A stretch of DNA of 64,000 bases from Eledone cirrhosa (GCA_964016885.1 OZ024740.1:156984001-157048000); one strand, 5' to 3'; shown: positions 1 to 13,255, counted from the stretch's first letter. Notes: generated by a model from the sequence alone, not told the origin. Program-made: numbers and translations.

Positions 1-822
1 TGCTGATGCGCTGGGTGTGGGTGGCATTATCTTTAAATTTGTAGAGGGGAAAGATTCTGAAGTTGGGATGATTTTGGGCGGCACAGGTATCAATGTGTTC
101 ACTCCGTAGTATTTTCCTGTATTCCCGTATTTTAATTTGGGATCTATGGACAGTCATGCGTTGGCGGAGGCTGTTTTTGGTTTGGCCTATGTATTGTTCT
201 CGACTACCTGAACAAGTTAATACATATATTAGATTTTCCGATGCACATGTGAAATTGTGTTTTACTATAAAACGTTGTCCATCTTTGAAATAGAATTCCG
301 AACCCACTATTAGGTTGATGCAAATGCCACAGTTGGGTCTATCGCATTTTTTTACTGTGGGTTTCGTTGTTGTGGTTGGCAGTACTTTGGCATGTGTTAA
401 GATGTTTTTCATTGACTTGGATTGTCTTTTGCTCTTTATGATATTGGGTGTTCGTAGAATTTGGTTCATTCTATGGTCCTTTTTCAATACAGGGATGTTC
501 TGGAGGATGGTGTCAAAGGCCTCATTGTTGAGGGGGTTGTGTGTGGAGATGTATGGAAGAGCTTTTAGTTTTGGTTGATTTACTTTAGGGTGTCTAAGGT
601 CCTGGGTACCGAGTTTTAGGGCACGTTGGATTCCATTGTCAATTAGTGATGCAGGGTAGTCCCTGTCTACGAGTGTGTCCTTTAGTTCTTGTAGCCGTAA
701 GTAGCAGATGTTTTTATTGGAGACTATAGTACAGATTCTCTTGGCTAAGTTGTAGGGAATATTAATTTTAACGTGTCTAGGGTGGCAAGAGTTGAAGGGG
801 AGATATTGCTTGGAGTCTGTGA
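1..822 (-). mobile_element. Penelope-like element (Neptune-like), RT thumb + Cys linker + GIY-YIG; 5'-truncated, ORF runs off the window start
   Basis: Manual minus-strand translation is open: TDSKQYLPFNSCHPRHVKINIPYNLAKRICTIVS...KKCDRPNCGIC...NFTCASENLIYVLTC..EQYIGQTKNSLRQRMTVHRSQI. The truncation abuts a (CA)n tract. Confidence 0.88.
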
Positions 823-836
823 ACACCTTACTACTA

Positions 837-960
<124 letters not shown>

Positions 961-1432
961 ATTTGTTGTGAAAGAGTCATTTCTCAATCTTGGCGCAAAA
1001 CCAATTTTTTTATCCACATGACCTCTACCGACCAATCAAAATTGTTTTGACCAAGAATTTTTGCTGGAGCCACTTTTTTAACATAAAAACAGTCTTGGCG
1101 CAAAATCAACTTTTTACATTCACATGACCTCTACCGACCAATCAAAATTGTTTTGACCACAAGCATTTTTGCAACACAAAAATAACGCTGGAGCCACTTT
1201 TTTAACATAAAAACAGGTAGAATTCCCAAAACTAATCAGATCAGAGCAAACAGCACGGACATTCTATCTCAAAATTATTTTTGAAAAGCATTTAGAAATG
1301 CGCAACCGGTAAAAACTTAAAAACTTAAAACCACAACTGAATACTAACCCATACAATCACTAATACTCTTTTATTCCTAATTAAACCATTTTTCAACTGT
1401 GAACAATTTGTCAGCATTTTCTATTCCGTTTA

Positions 1433-1473
<41 letters not shown>

Positions 1474-1737
1474 CAAAGGCATGTATTGAGTTAGAAACTC
1501 AAAATAGTCTCATTACAGTTAATTAGCTCTAGTAAAGAGGTTTTTCCGAGCCGTATAGTATAACTGAACAAAAAAGAAAAACGAACACAGACATATACAT
1601 ATATGTGTTCAAATCGTAATCGACCAGAATCGCTAAGGTGAAAAAAATACTAACTACAGACAATAGGGTTTGCTTGGCTCAATTTAAGAATAAATCAAGA
1701 AAAATTAATACAAACCAGAATTGTGGTAACTACCGAT

Positions 1738-1817
1738 CACCCGGACAGTATTGATAGTACTGTTTCGCAATATTATTTGTGAAGAGGAATACCAAAGTCC
1801 TAGCTCATCAGCGGGTG
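1738..1817 (-). ncRNA. Type I hammerhead ribozyme
   Basis: cacccg CTGATGA gc..gc GAAA cagta-ctatcaa-tactg TC cgggtg: stem I 6 bp, stem III 5 bp, GUC site. Confidence 0.85.
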
Positions 1818-2139
1818 AAGAAATTAGTAGTGGATAGTGTGTGTATATGTAACGCACATGGTCCCCGAACTTAGCGTGTCTCGCAGACTCACGCCACTAA
1901 AAATAGCAGCCGGGTTTACTCGACATTTGAATTAGCTCCACGAATTAACGGAGCCGAATATATCAAAGGCATGTATTGACTTAGAAACTCAAAATAGTCT
2001 CATTACAGTAAATTAGCTCTAGGAAAGAGGTTTTTCCGAGTCTGCGAGACACGCTAAGTTCGGGAACCATGTGCGTTACATATACACACACTATCCAGTT
2101 TTTTATCATATTTAGAAGTGATCAGGATACTAATTTCTG

Positions 2140-2219
2140 CACCCGCTGATGAGCTAGGACTTTGGTATTTCTCTTCACAAATAATATTGCGAAACAGTAC
2201 TATCAAAACTGTCCGGGTG
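2140..2219 (+). ncRNA. Type I hammerhead ribozyme
   Basis: cacccg CTGATGA gc..gc GAAA cagt..actg TC cgggtg. Confidence 0.85.
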
Positions 2220-2421
2220 ATCGGTAGTTACCACAATTCTGGTTTGTATTTATTTTTCTTGATTTATTCTTAAATTGAGCCTAGCAAACCCTATTGTCTG
2301 TAGTTAGTATTTTTTCACCTTAGCGATTCTGGTCGATTACGATTTGAACACATATATGTATATGTCTGTGTTCGTTTTTTTTTTTTGTTCAGTTATACTA
2401 TATATATCTATCTATCTATCT

Positions 2422-2836
2422 AAGGCGGGTAAAATTCCCGAGATCCATGGACGAGTTCTCTCCAACGGTCTCTGTCCCTCATTATTGCTGCCATGTCCTG
2501 CGTCTCCAACAGACCAGTGTCTGTCCTCAGGGCATCAACATAGGTTAACCTTGGTCTTCCTCTTCTAGTGTGTACATGTAGGGGCTCCCATTGCTGTAGT
2601 GGAGTCTGTGCTGCTGTATAGGTCTGAGACTTGGACACTGACCAAGAAACTCACTCAGATAGTGGATGGGTGCTACACGAGAATGCTGAGGATGGCTCTG
2701 AACATTAATCAGTATACACTGAGGATGGAAAACTCAGAGCTGTATGGGAGCATCCCAAGAGTCAGCTCAAAAGTGATACAGAGGAGACTGAGGTTAGCTG
2801 GACATGCTCACCGACATCCAGAGTTGACATTGCACT
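2422..2836. mobile_element. RTE-clade LINE 3' fragment with 5' inversion
   Basis: Plus strand 2599-2830 reads ESVLLYRSETWTLT...RRLRLAGHAHRHPEL. Minus strand 2422-2596 reads WEPLHVHTRRGRPRLTYVD...MRDRDRWR. These are consecutive parts of an RTE C-terminus. Confidence 0.8.
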
Positions 2837-2959
2837 ATATATATATATTATAGTGGAAACAGTAAACAAACAAAAAACAGCAAAGTGGAAGCGAAGAGTC
2901 AGTACAAAATGTTAATATTAGTTTCACACTTGAGAGTCTATATATATAGATACATACAT

Positions 2960-3110
2960 GGTGGCTGCCAGCTCGTTTTCGAGTATGGCCACTACTGTAT
3001 ATCCATGTAGGAGAACCCCTACCGATGCGCTGAACGAGTGTGACTTTTTAGTCCAGCCAGCGATTTGAAAACTCTGGTACAAACACTAAACTTGTGACAA
3101 TTATTGACAC
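2960..3110 (-). mobile_element. Degenerate RTE/BovB-like LINE 3' end
   Basis: Minus-strand translation FSVCTRVFKSLAGLKSHTRSAHR*, a C-terminal C2H2-like motif. Confidence 0.45.
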
Positions 3111-3432
3111 ATAGTGCTGGGCCCATGGTACCATGTGACGACAAGTACAGAGAGATCTCCAGATAAAAAGCAATGCCTGTGCCGTGAAGCTTTTATAGTG
3201 ATCAAAGGCACTGCACAAAGCCAGTTCACTTTCTTAACCAAGATGATATTTACCAAAAAGAAGAACAAGTCAACATCATTGGAAACCATACATACATACA
3301 TACATACATACATACATGCATATATTATCCATACGAAGCCCATTTTACTGTTCTGAGGAGCTTAAAAACTCTCTATCTACTTTACTATTTTCTGCACTAA
3401 AAACATACGGCGAAAGATATTGATTCAATTCA

Positions 3433-3475
<43 letters not shown>

Positions 3476-4091
3476 AGTATTTCCACAACAGTTAGTTCAC
3501 CATACTGAGAACAATTGATTCCTTATTCGGATTCTCAGCTCGGTCTATATAGGAAAAAAACGTTTAAAATGCAATTGGAATCTTTACGAAGATTTTTTAC
3601 AGTTGGATGACTTTCAGAGGTTAAATGAGATGAGGGATGTGAGCCTATGCTGTTAGCTGTCGCGCACTTGATGGTTCGAGAAATGTCTTTCCGTTTTATG
3701 CAAAACTTACTCCCGTTCATTAAACCACGACATTCCAAATTTTGGGCAAAATCTACAACAAATTTCGATTATCATTTACGTGATTGACAAGTTTGAGCGA
3801 AAATAAACTACAACAATACTCTATACCTAATCATGGGATCTTCCACAACCAATCAAATTGTTGTTCAAAGAGATAGCAATTATTTCATACAACGCAAGAA
3901 ATTTCCCAACCCTTCAGATGTGTGACACATTACAACATAGCCACACATCTCTCTATCTCACTTTTGAAATCGTCCAATTGTGAAACTGTTAATGTTATTA
4001 TTAACTAGACCAACTGTGATCCGTTGGGTCACGTTCACTTCAAAATATATTTTTAAAAAATCATATTCACTTAAAATATATATATAAATGA

Positions 4092-4149
<58 letters not shown>

Positions 4150-4744
4150 ATATGTGTGTGTGTGTGCATATATATGTGGGTGTCTGTGATCTATATACAC
4201 TGGTTATAGACACACACACACACACTCACATATAGATATACACAACAACACCACCAGCTCTTTCTCTCTCTCTTTCTTCCATTCTCCTTCTCTGTCTCCT
4301 CTCCTCTCTCTCTTTCAATCAACTCTGTCAGAACCACTATCTCTTTCTCTCTATCTTTCTCTGTTTATGAATGTACCCGGAAATACCTCATATCTCGGGA
4401 ACCCGTACCCCGACTTATGCGAAACTTGTTTTATTCCATAGGTATTCCCATTTCAGGGTCAACTTTCTTTCAAAGTATTTTCCCATTATGCGCCTTTTTG
4501 GCTGTATTACAGACAAGCAAGCAAGCAATCACATAGTTTTAGTAGTATATATATATCTTTTTAAAGACTCCAATTGCATTTTCATCCTTTTTCCTATATT
4601 TTAACCCGTGTGGCTTATAAAAAACATACTTCTTATTATACATATATATACATGCATTGCTGTCAAAATAGTTAGGTAATATTTTTATTATTTCATTTTA
4701 TGATTAGTGCATGCACTTAAGTATTTACTTACTACATAATATCT

Positions 4745-4925
4745 GGCGAATACGTTCGCTTGTATGCTGTTAGTTAACGGGGCATTAAGTTACGGCTCTT
4801 TACGTACTGAGTTCAAATCCCGCCGAGGTTAACTTTGCCTTTCATCATTACGGGCTCGATAAAATAAAGACCAGTAATGTACTGGGGCCGATTTAATCGA
4901 CTTTCCCTCCCCTCAAATTATTGGG
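4745..4925 (+). mobile_element. tRNA-type SINE (major family)
   Basis: B-box-like gagttcaaatccc followed by the core aactttgcctttcatc...cgataaaataaag.ccagt, which recurs more than 15 times in the window. Confidence 0.75.
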
Positions 4926-6840
4926 TAAAACATCAGAAACCGTTATGTAACGGAGTAAATGTATGTGTGATGGAATCTTGTTTACTTTCCACTACTTTAA
5001 TATCTGCAAACCTATGTAAACATATTTAGAGTCTTCGCTCCTTTTATACTTGAAATGTACGTAACTCTATGTAGAATTCAAGAACTTATATACCATATAA
5101 TATGTTTATAACAAACATTCTTACAGACCATCTTCTACGGTAAAAGAAAAAGTGTATTAAGTAACTTTAGCAAACAATATTTAAACTAAACTTCAGGCAA
5201 AAACAAATTTAACAATGTTCAAAATCATTTCAATTGTGAGTTAAAAGAGAATGAATTCATAATAATAAAAATCTGATGTTTACATCAACATCACCACTCC
5301 AATATTAAGTTTAGGGAGAAAAAAATGAATTAAATCTTGTGGTTCAACCGCCCTCCCTGCTTCAATTTAAATGTGTTGTCCAATTTAGCCGCAAGATGAG
5401 TAACTTTATATGTAAACATTTCCCGTCTGATCATTCTTATTACAAACATTTCAATAAAAATAATATCTGTACCTAATTCTAGCTGTACCTAAAATCAGGA
5501 ACCTCGTCTCAGCGAAACTACAATAATATTACTGTAAAATCTCTTTCTGATTACTACCTACTGCTATTTGGAAATCAAATCATGTCTATTCACGAAAATA
5601 GCCTAAAGTTAAGTTTACATGTTGTTAAAAGCGTTCCAGCCATGACCATCTCTTTATATTAGGCATAGAAATACATGCTCAATGTGAGTTACTTTCAGAC
5701 AATAGGATGCGATTTGAAGACTATATGACTGCTATTTCTAGCAGTCTGAGCGACAATATAGAGATTGCTTCATTAGCTAGGTAGATAGGTGTTTCTCAGA
5801 TACGCCCTAGGGAATAAATTATTTGGAATAAAATAATGGATTAGTACCACCCAAGAAAAGTGAGATCTGAACTCAAAATCTAAAGGGACGTAACTGAATA
5901 CAGCAATCATATTTTTGTGGCGCTCGAGCGATTTTGACTGACAGCCACGGACTCCATTCTTTGTGATAATTCCTTACATTGGCTCCATGCCAGAGATTTG
6001 GTTGAGGCGGCCAAAGGTTTGATAGAAAATACAGTTGTACTAAGATAAGAAGCAGTATCATCATCATCATCCGTATCATCATCATCATCATCATTACCAT
6101 CATAATCTTCTTCTTCTTCTTCTTCTTCTTCTTCTTCTTCTTCTTCTTCTTCTTCTTCTTCTTCTTCTTTATATTAATGCAATGTAAAAGCCTACGAGAG
6201 AAAGAGACATGTAGAGATGAAGATATCGTCGGCAAATCACTGATGAGGGATTTATTTTATTACATGTTATCCATGTGCTACCCGCAGTATTTTTCTCCCC
6301 ATTTTATCACATATATTTACCTAAACTGCGATTCTGTTTTTTTTCTCTCTCTCTCTTACTGCTCCCTCATTCTCTCTGTTTCTCCTACTTTCTTTCGCCC
6401 GCTCTGTCATGTCAGTTAACTCTTCCCCACACTTCCACTCACTCACTCACTGTTTCTCCTCTCCTCACTTCACCCCGTTCGCGACGAAAGCAATTTCTCT
6501 CTTTCTCACATTGCATTCGTTCGCGAAAGGTCTTTTTTCTAAACGCTCATATATTCACCTAGCTTACGCTAACAGAATAACTATGAAGCTTGTTTCCTTC
6601 CTTCTACGGTTAGCTCTACTCTTTGTTGTTATCCTGCCTCACTCGCTTTACGCGTTTTAATTGTCCTAATAACTTAATTTAGTTATTATTGCACCGACGT
6701 GAGGTATATGATTTTTAATGCAATGAAATATCTATGATCGTCGGCAAATCACTGATGAGGGACTTATTTTATTACATGTTATCCATGTGCTACCAGCAGT
6801 ATTTTTCTCCCCATTTTATCATATATATATATATATATAT

Positions 6841-6946
6841 AGTGGTGGAACACTGGAAGGTAATATCCGTAGGGGTAGAGCACTCAGTCCATGGGACGAG
6901 TTAGGTAGAAGTGGTTACACAACAGTTAGTTCACCATATCGAGAAC
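6841..6946 (-). mobile_element. Solo 3' tail of the PLE family at 42850-44608, inside a (TA)n tract
   Basis: Near-identical to 42850-42955. Confidence 0.85.
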
Positions 6947-6948
6947 TA

Positions 6949-7034
<86 letters not shown>

Positions 7035-7101
7035 CGACAAACAGAGATGGACATATAGATAGATAGAGGATGACGAACAGACAGAGCTAGGCGTATAGAT
7101 T

Positions 7102-7224
<123 letters not shown>

Positions 7225-7499
7225 GGAAGAGAGAGATAGAATAAGAATCAACCTTTGTACTAGATTAGTACTTTATTGACTCTGTAAGGATGAGAGTCAA
7301 AATGGACCAAGGTTCTTATGACTGATAATTCCCCACCATTTTTGTTGGATAACCAGGTGTAATTGTATTGTCCATGGCTCATTTCAAAGCCTCGAGTTTG
7401 CTGAGAGGAAATGGGGCATTCCTTTTCAAACCCTAGACCTGGCCAGAATTGTTGCAACAGATGAGGTTCTCCTAATGACACCCAAATCCACAGGGTGGT

Positions 7500-8765
7500 G
7501 TTAAAATGGGTGATAGATTAAATTTACCTTCCAGCGTATTACTGGTACTCATTTTATTGATTCCCACTAAGACTGAAAGGCGGAGTGGATATAAGATGGG
7601 ATCTTAGCTAAGAAAGGTATTTTATGAGACGATTAAATAAACCCCAATACAAACCTGCCAACCTCTGAAAAGCCAAATGAGGAGTACCATGGAAAAAAGT
7701 GCCCCAAAACGAAGAGAAATGAGGCAATATGGGGAGATTTTGCATAATGAAAGCTATACTTATTTTCACAAGAGCAGACACCTCTCATCCACTCCAAGGT
7801 GGGTGGGAGATCTCCCAGTCTGACAGGGAGAGTTTACATGTTTGCCAATAGTTAATCGGCACTTCATTTTATTGACCCTTGAAGGGGAAGTGGCATAGTT
7901 GACCTTGTCATGATGTGAACTCAGAACGTAAAGGGATGCAACACTATGTCAGAAAGCATGTTGTGCGATGCTTGACTAAATAATGATTCTTAGTTTAGGC
8001 ACAAGGCCAACAATTCTGGAGAGAGAGGCGATTAGATTGAAATCACACTCAGTATTTGGCTAATACATTATTTTATTGATCCCCGAAGGCTGTGAAAGGC
8101 AAAGATGACATCGGCAGGATTTGAACCCAGAACCAAGAACAAATATTGCGAGGAACTGTGTGCGATGCTTCAACGATTCTGCCAATACATCACTTGTGTC
8201 ATGGTTAAATAATGGTTTCTAATTTAGACAAAAGATCAGCAATTTTGAGGGAGGGCAAGTCGATAATAACGGTCCCTGCACTTAAAGTCAAAGTTGATCT
8301 CAGGAGGATTTAAACTCAGAACGTAAAGAGCCGGAACAAATAATACCGCAGAGCTATTGTGCGATACTCTAACGATTCTTCAATCTACCTGCCTTCACAG
8401 GGTTAAATAATCGTTTCTGATTTAGGCACAAGGCCAGCAATTTCGGGCAGTGAAAAGTCGAGTAAATCGACCCCAGTGTATGACAGGTACATTATTGTAT
8501 CGACCCCGTAAGAATGAAAGACGGGATTCGAACTCAGAACATAAAGGGCCGTAGCTCTATGGCGTGAAGCAGGATGTCCGATGCTCTACCAATTCTGCCA
8601 ATCGACCATCCTACACACAGGGCTAAATAATTCTTTCTGCTTTTGGCACAAGGCCAGCAATTATCCCAGTGCATTACTGGTACTTTATTTTATCGACCCC
8701 GTAAGGATGAAAGGCAAAGTTAACCTCGATGGGATTTGAACTCATACACAGGGGTAAATAATACG
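7500..8765 (-). mobile_element. Head-to-tail stack of about 6 SINE copies
   Basis: Repeated taggcacaaggcc...ttttatcgacccc...aaggcaaagt...ggatttgaactcag units. Confidence 0.75.
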
Positions 8766-9017
8766 AAAGAAAACATCTATAATTTACAAACTTTTCGCCA
8801 GCTGTTTGCAAAGGAAACCGATATAATAATATATATATTTTGGTCGAATCCGATACTGACGATATTTTGTAAATATTGATTTCAAACATATTCACAACGA
8901 ATAAATATATATATATATATAATAGGTAGAAATCGAAATTGTAGCTGCAAATTTCACTCCAGAGTTGAGTGAGAAATTATAGAGTTGGCAAAGTGAGAAA
9001 TATTTATTCGTTGTACC

Positions 9018-9139
<122 letters not shown>

Positions 9140-9375
9140 TTAAAAGAATAGATGTGTAACACACGAGTTGTGATATATTAGTAAAAGGAAAAGAAAATGC
9201 TGACAAATTGTTCCGATTGAAAAATAGTTTAATTAAGAATAAGTGTTAGTATTCAGTTTTAGTTTTAAGCTTTTACCGGTTGCGATTCTCGCTAAATGTA
9301 TATTTGTATGTATATATATATATATATATATATACGATATTAAATAAATGGAAACTATATTTATAAAACCATATT

Positions 9376-9441
9376 TATTTCATTATATATATTTCAGGGA
9401 TATCATATTAACAATATGTTATGCCTTCTTCAGACAAAATA
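9376..9441 (-). ncRNA. Minimal type I hammerhead ribozyme (inverted pLTR copy)
   Basis: Reverse complement of 13063-13128. Confidence 0.75.
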
Positions 9442-10028
9442 CAATATAGACAGTTTTATAGATAAATAGATTTGACATACCGTTCAACATCGACTTGTAT
9501 TTGAAAAAGTTGATTTGGCAGTGAAAAATTGTAAACAGAAAGAAAGAAAGAAAGAAGGAAAGAAAGAAAGAGAACGAAGAAAAAGAAGAAAAAAAAGAAA
9601 AAAGAAAAAAGAAGAAATGCATGCAACAAAATAGAGAGATGGAAAGATAGATAAAGAGAAGAACTTCATGTAAAGAAACAGAGAGAGATATATAGAGAGA
9701 GGAAATAGATAGAGATAGATATATATAGAGAAAAGTAGGTAGTTGCATGACGTATCAATGATACATTTATTTATTTATTTATTTATTTATTTAGCTCTAG
9801 TATTAATGTAAGGGAGATATATGTGGTTAGGAAAGAAACCAGCCGTTATATAGAGAGAAAAATGAAAAGTAACCAGACATAGGCGAGGCAGAATTTAAAA
9901 ACCCTGTTTTAATGTAGAGATATTAGTTCGTATAAAAACCAGGCACTATAATGTAAATATCAGTATTCCTGAATGAGACACGTATCTATAATGTGTGAAA
10001 AGATCACAAAAGGAATTTTGAAAATGAC

Positions 10029-11666
10029 TTGCCAGTTAGATTGATCGCACCATCAAAATCGGACCTGGGCAAATTAAGCAAAAACATTCTTGACAGGGTG
10101 ATACAGCAAATTAAAAACTTGGATTGTTTACCTAACCTGAGCTTGTGGAAGGGAACTGGAGAGGTTGTTGAGTGGTTTAAGCAAATTAAATATAACAATA
10201 ATAATAAGTTTATTCAACTTGATATTGCTAACTATTATTCTTCTATTACCCCTAATCTACTAAATAAGGCACTAAATTACGCATTCAAACATACAGACCT
10301 AACTAGCAATGAAATGCACATTATATTATCGGCTAGGAAAACATTGATAAAATTTAATGACCAACTATGGACCAGAGCAGATAGAGATAGCAATTTTGAC
10401 ATTACTATGGGATCATCCGACTCAGCTCAGGTAACTGACCTTGTGGGCTTATTTTTAATCAATTCGCTACATAGGAAAATACCTGGTACTACCGGAGGTT
10501 TATATAGAGATGACATGCTTTTACTTATTGATAATAATAACTCTGAACTAAATAGAAAAAGAAAACAAATTACACAATTTTTTAATTACTTTAATCTAAA
10601 AATAGAAATTGAGAACAACCATAGAATAGTCAATTTCCTAGATATAACATTAAATCTCAACACATGTCTTCACTATCCATTTCGCAAGTTGAATGAAAAC
10701 TTAAACTATGTCAGCTTTAACTCTAACCACCCCAGATCTGTCAAAAACACTATAGTAAACTCTGTTCAAAAACGTATCTCTAGAATCTCGTCTAATAGAA
10801 AGATTTTCGACGAAAAAGCCCAGTACTACAATGAAGCGTTAGCTAGAGCAGGATATAGTGATAAGATTATGTACATAGATAATGATAGACAAACTAAACA
10901 TAATAACAACTATTTTAATTACGGCCACAACCTTAACAACTATAATAGAAAGCATTACAATAATTCCAAAAGCCAAAAAAGAAATAGAACTAGGAACATA
11001 ATATGGTTTCCCCCCCCCCCTTTCTCACTAAACATTAAAACCCACATCGCTAAACTATTTTTTAAAGCTCTTGATAATCGCTTCCCTAGAACACATAGGT
11101 ATCACTCAATTTTCAATAGACATACTATAAAATTAACCTACTCATCCACCAAAAATTTAGCACAAAATATTAATAGAATAAATAATAGGAACTTAAAACC
11201 TAGCGATAATAGCATAAATAATATACAAGTTAACAAATGTAACTGTAGAGATAGATCTAAATGTCCGTTAAATAACAACTGCTTAGTTAAAAATATAATA
11301 TACAACTGTAATGTTAAAACGGACTCTAATTCTTTTAACTACGTCGGTTCCACATCGACGGAATTTAAACTTCGCTATAATAACCACAAGAATTCTTTCA
11401 CAGATCCAAGCAAAAAATCTTCAACAGCACTATCAGGCGTACTCTGGCAACTTAGGCAAGATAACGTTAGATATTCGACGGCTTGGAATATAGTCTCAAG
11501 AGGGATTCCTTTTAATTCATCCTCTGAGACATGTGACCTCTGCGCGGAGGAGATATTCTTTATACTAAAATCTAAAAATTCCCTTAATCTACGGACAAAT
11601 TTATTCAGTTGCTGCAAACATAGATTGAACTCAACTTTTAAATATAAATTTAAATTTAAAATGTAG
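10029..11666 (+). CDS. PLE (Naiad-like) reverse transcriptase + C-terminal GIY-YIG endonuclease, N-terminally truncated (frame is open from KDHK at about 10000; the listed start is TTG)
   Basis: RLIAPSKSDLGK, FIQLDIANYYSSI, FDITMGSSDSAQVTDLVG, GLYRDD, NFLDITL, SNHP, CNCRDRSKCPL..CLVKNIIY..YVGST..FKLRYNNH, CDLC, CCKH. Confidence 0.92.
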   Translation: MPVRLIAPSKSDLGKLSKNILDRVIQQIKNLDCLPNLSLWKGTGEVVEWFKQIKYNNNNKFIQLDIANYYSSITPNLLNKALNYAFKHTDLTSNEMHIILSARKTLIKFNDQLWTRADRDSNFDITMGSSDSAQVTDLVGLFLINSLHRKIPGTTGGLYRDDMLLLIDNNNSELNRKRKQITQFFNYFNLKIEIENNHRIVNFLDITLNLNTCLHYPFRKLNENLNYVSFNSNHPRSVKNTIVNSVQKRISRISSNRKIFDEKAQYYNEALARAGYSDKIMYIDNDRQTKHNNNYFNYGHNLNNYNRKHYNNSKSQKRNRTRNIIWFPPPPFSLNIKTHIAKLFFKALDNRFPRTHRYHSIFNRHTIKLTYSSTKNLAQNINRINNRNLKPSDNSINNIQVNKCNCRDRSKCPLNNNCLVKNIIYNCNVKTDSNSFNYVGSTSTEFKLRYNNHKNSFTDPSKKSSTALSGVLWQLRQDNVRYSTAWNIVSRGIPFNSSSETCDLCAEEIFFILKSKNSLNLRTNLFSCCKHRLNSTFKYKFKFKM

Positions 11667-13062
11667 TATATTTAGTTTGATTTGTAATTATTTGGGAAAC
11701 TAGCCGATAAATCTTTCGATTTCTTCTTTTTATTCTTCTTCTTATTTTTTATTTTATTTTTATTTTAAACATTCTCCATGAAAAATTAAACTACCCTAAA
11801 AGTTGATGCTCCAAATATATCGAATAAACGTTACACTAGATAAACTTCTATATTAAATATAAGAACATATGTAGACCAAATGGGCATCCTAAACTTTTGA
11901 AATGATTTCTGCTGGACGCGATTTGGTAAATAATTTTTAGCTTTATCTGTTTTCGACTCTGATGCTTATAATGAACTTGGCAATATATTGTCAATTAATT
12001 TTGAAGGGTTGATCTTTGTGGTCGATTTGCGTGGCATATTATGTTTTTATTTTTATTATTTTAATATTTTTTAATATTTTTAGTTTTTAATATTTTTAAT
12101 ATTTTTATTTTTAATATGTAATATTTTTTAGTTTTCTATTTTATTTATTTGTTTATTATTTTTTATTATTATTATTATTATTACTTTTTTATTATTATTA
12201 TTATTATTACTTTTTGGTTTTTGTTTCTGATATTTTTATTAATATATTGAAATCTGTTCTCTATTTCTGCTTGATAGATAATCATGTAGAGTAAAGACAT
12301 GAATAGTATTGTTAAAATTAATATAGACTCTATATATATGTGTATATATACACATATATGTATACTTAAATTTTTATAGCACAATGAGAATGTTCTCCGT
12401 GTGAAATAGGGGTTTGCAGAGTTGATCACGTAAATTCACATCGATGTTTGTAATTATCATATAAACATATGAGTTTTTAAAACTAGACATAAGATCATTA
12501 CTTTTCACACATTATAGATACGTGTCTCATTCAGGAATACTGATATTTACATTATAGTGCCTGGTTTTTATACGAACTAATATCTCTACATTAAAACATA
12601 GGGTTTTTAAATTCTGCCTCGCCTATGTCTGGTTACTTTTCATTTTTCTCTCTATATAACGGCTGGTTTCTTTCCTAACCACATATATCTCCCTTACATT
12701 AATACTAGAGCTAAATAAATAAATAAATAAATAAATAAATGTATCATTGATACGTCATGCAACTACCTACTTTTCTCTATATATATCTATCTCTATCTAT
12801 TTCCTCTCTCTATATATCTCTCTCTGTTTCTTTACATGAAGTTCTTCTCTTTATCTATCTTTCCATCTCTCTATTTTGTTGCATGCATTTCTTCTTTTTT
12901 CTTTTTTCTTCTTTTTCTTCGTTCTCTTTCTTTCTTTTCTTCTTTCTTTCTTTCTTTCTTTCTTTCTGTTTACAATTTTTCACTGCCAAATCAACTTTTT
13001 CAAATACAAGTCGATGTTGAACGGTATGTCAAATCTATTTATCTATAAAACTGTCTATATTG

Positions 13063-13128
13063 TATTTTGTCTGAAGAAGGCATAACATATTGTTAATATG
13101 ATATCCCTGAAATATATATAATGAAATA
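13063..13128 (+). ncRNA. Minimal type I hammerhead ribozyme
   Basis: tattttgt CTGAAGA agg..cct GAAA tatata TA atgaaata: 8-bp stem I, palindromic stem III. Confidence 0.78.
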
Positions 13129-13255
13129 AATATGGTTTTATAAATATAGTTTCCATTTATTTAATATCGTAAATATACTCCAAATACTTGTTGAGTGCTT
13201 TTATATCAGTTATAAATATTTACTAGTTGTAACCCAACAATTTAAATATAACTTT

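Larger units (their letters stand above)
1471..2400. mobile_element. Non-coding fold-back PLE pseudo-LTR unit: tail(1471-1551), arm(1552-1890), spacer, tail(1961-2040), inverted arm(2038-2400)
   Basis: 1552-1890 is the reverse complement of about 2038-2400. 1471-1550 is directly repeated at 1961-2040. Flanked by (TA)n, with a hammerhead in each arm. Confidence 0.8.

Noticed and set aside
5890-6030. GC-richer unique stretch as a possible host exon
   Set aside because: All three plus frames contain stops, and I saw no recognisable motif or convincing splice pair on the minus strand.
6236-6290. ctgatgag in the 90-bp direct repeat
   Set aside because: No downstream GAAA or stem III.
7500-8765. 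Repeat-spacer appearance suggesting CRISPR
   Set aside because: The units are ~200-bp SINEs in eukaryotic DNA with no cas genes.
9965-10002. ctgaatgag-acac..gtgt-gaaa hammerhead look-alike (also 12500-12540, minus strand)
   Set aside because: Extra base in the core, no stem I pairing, and antisense to the element.
10029-12500. Possible selenocysteine recoding/SECIS, reported for some Naiad elements
   Set aside because: No in-frame TGA in this ORF, and I recognised no SECIS.
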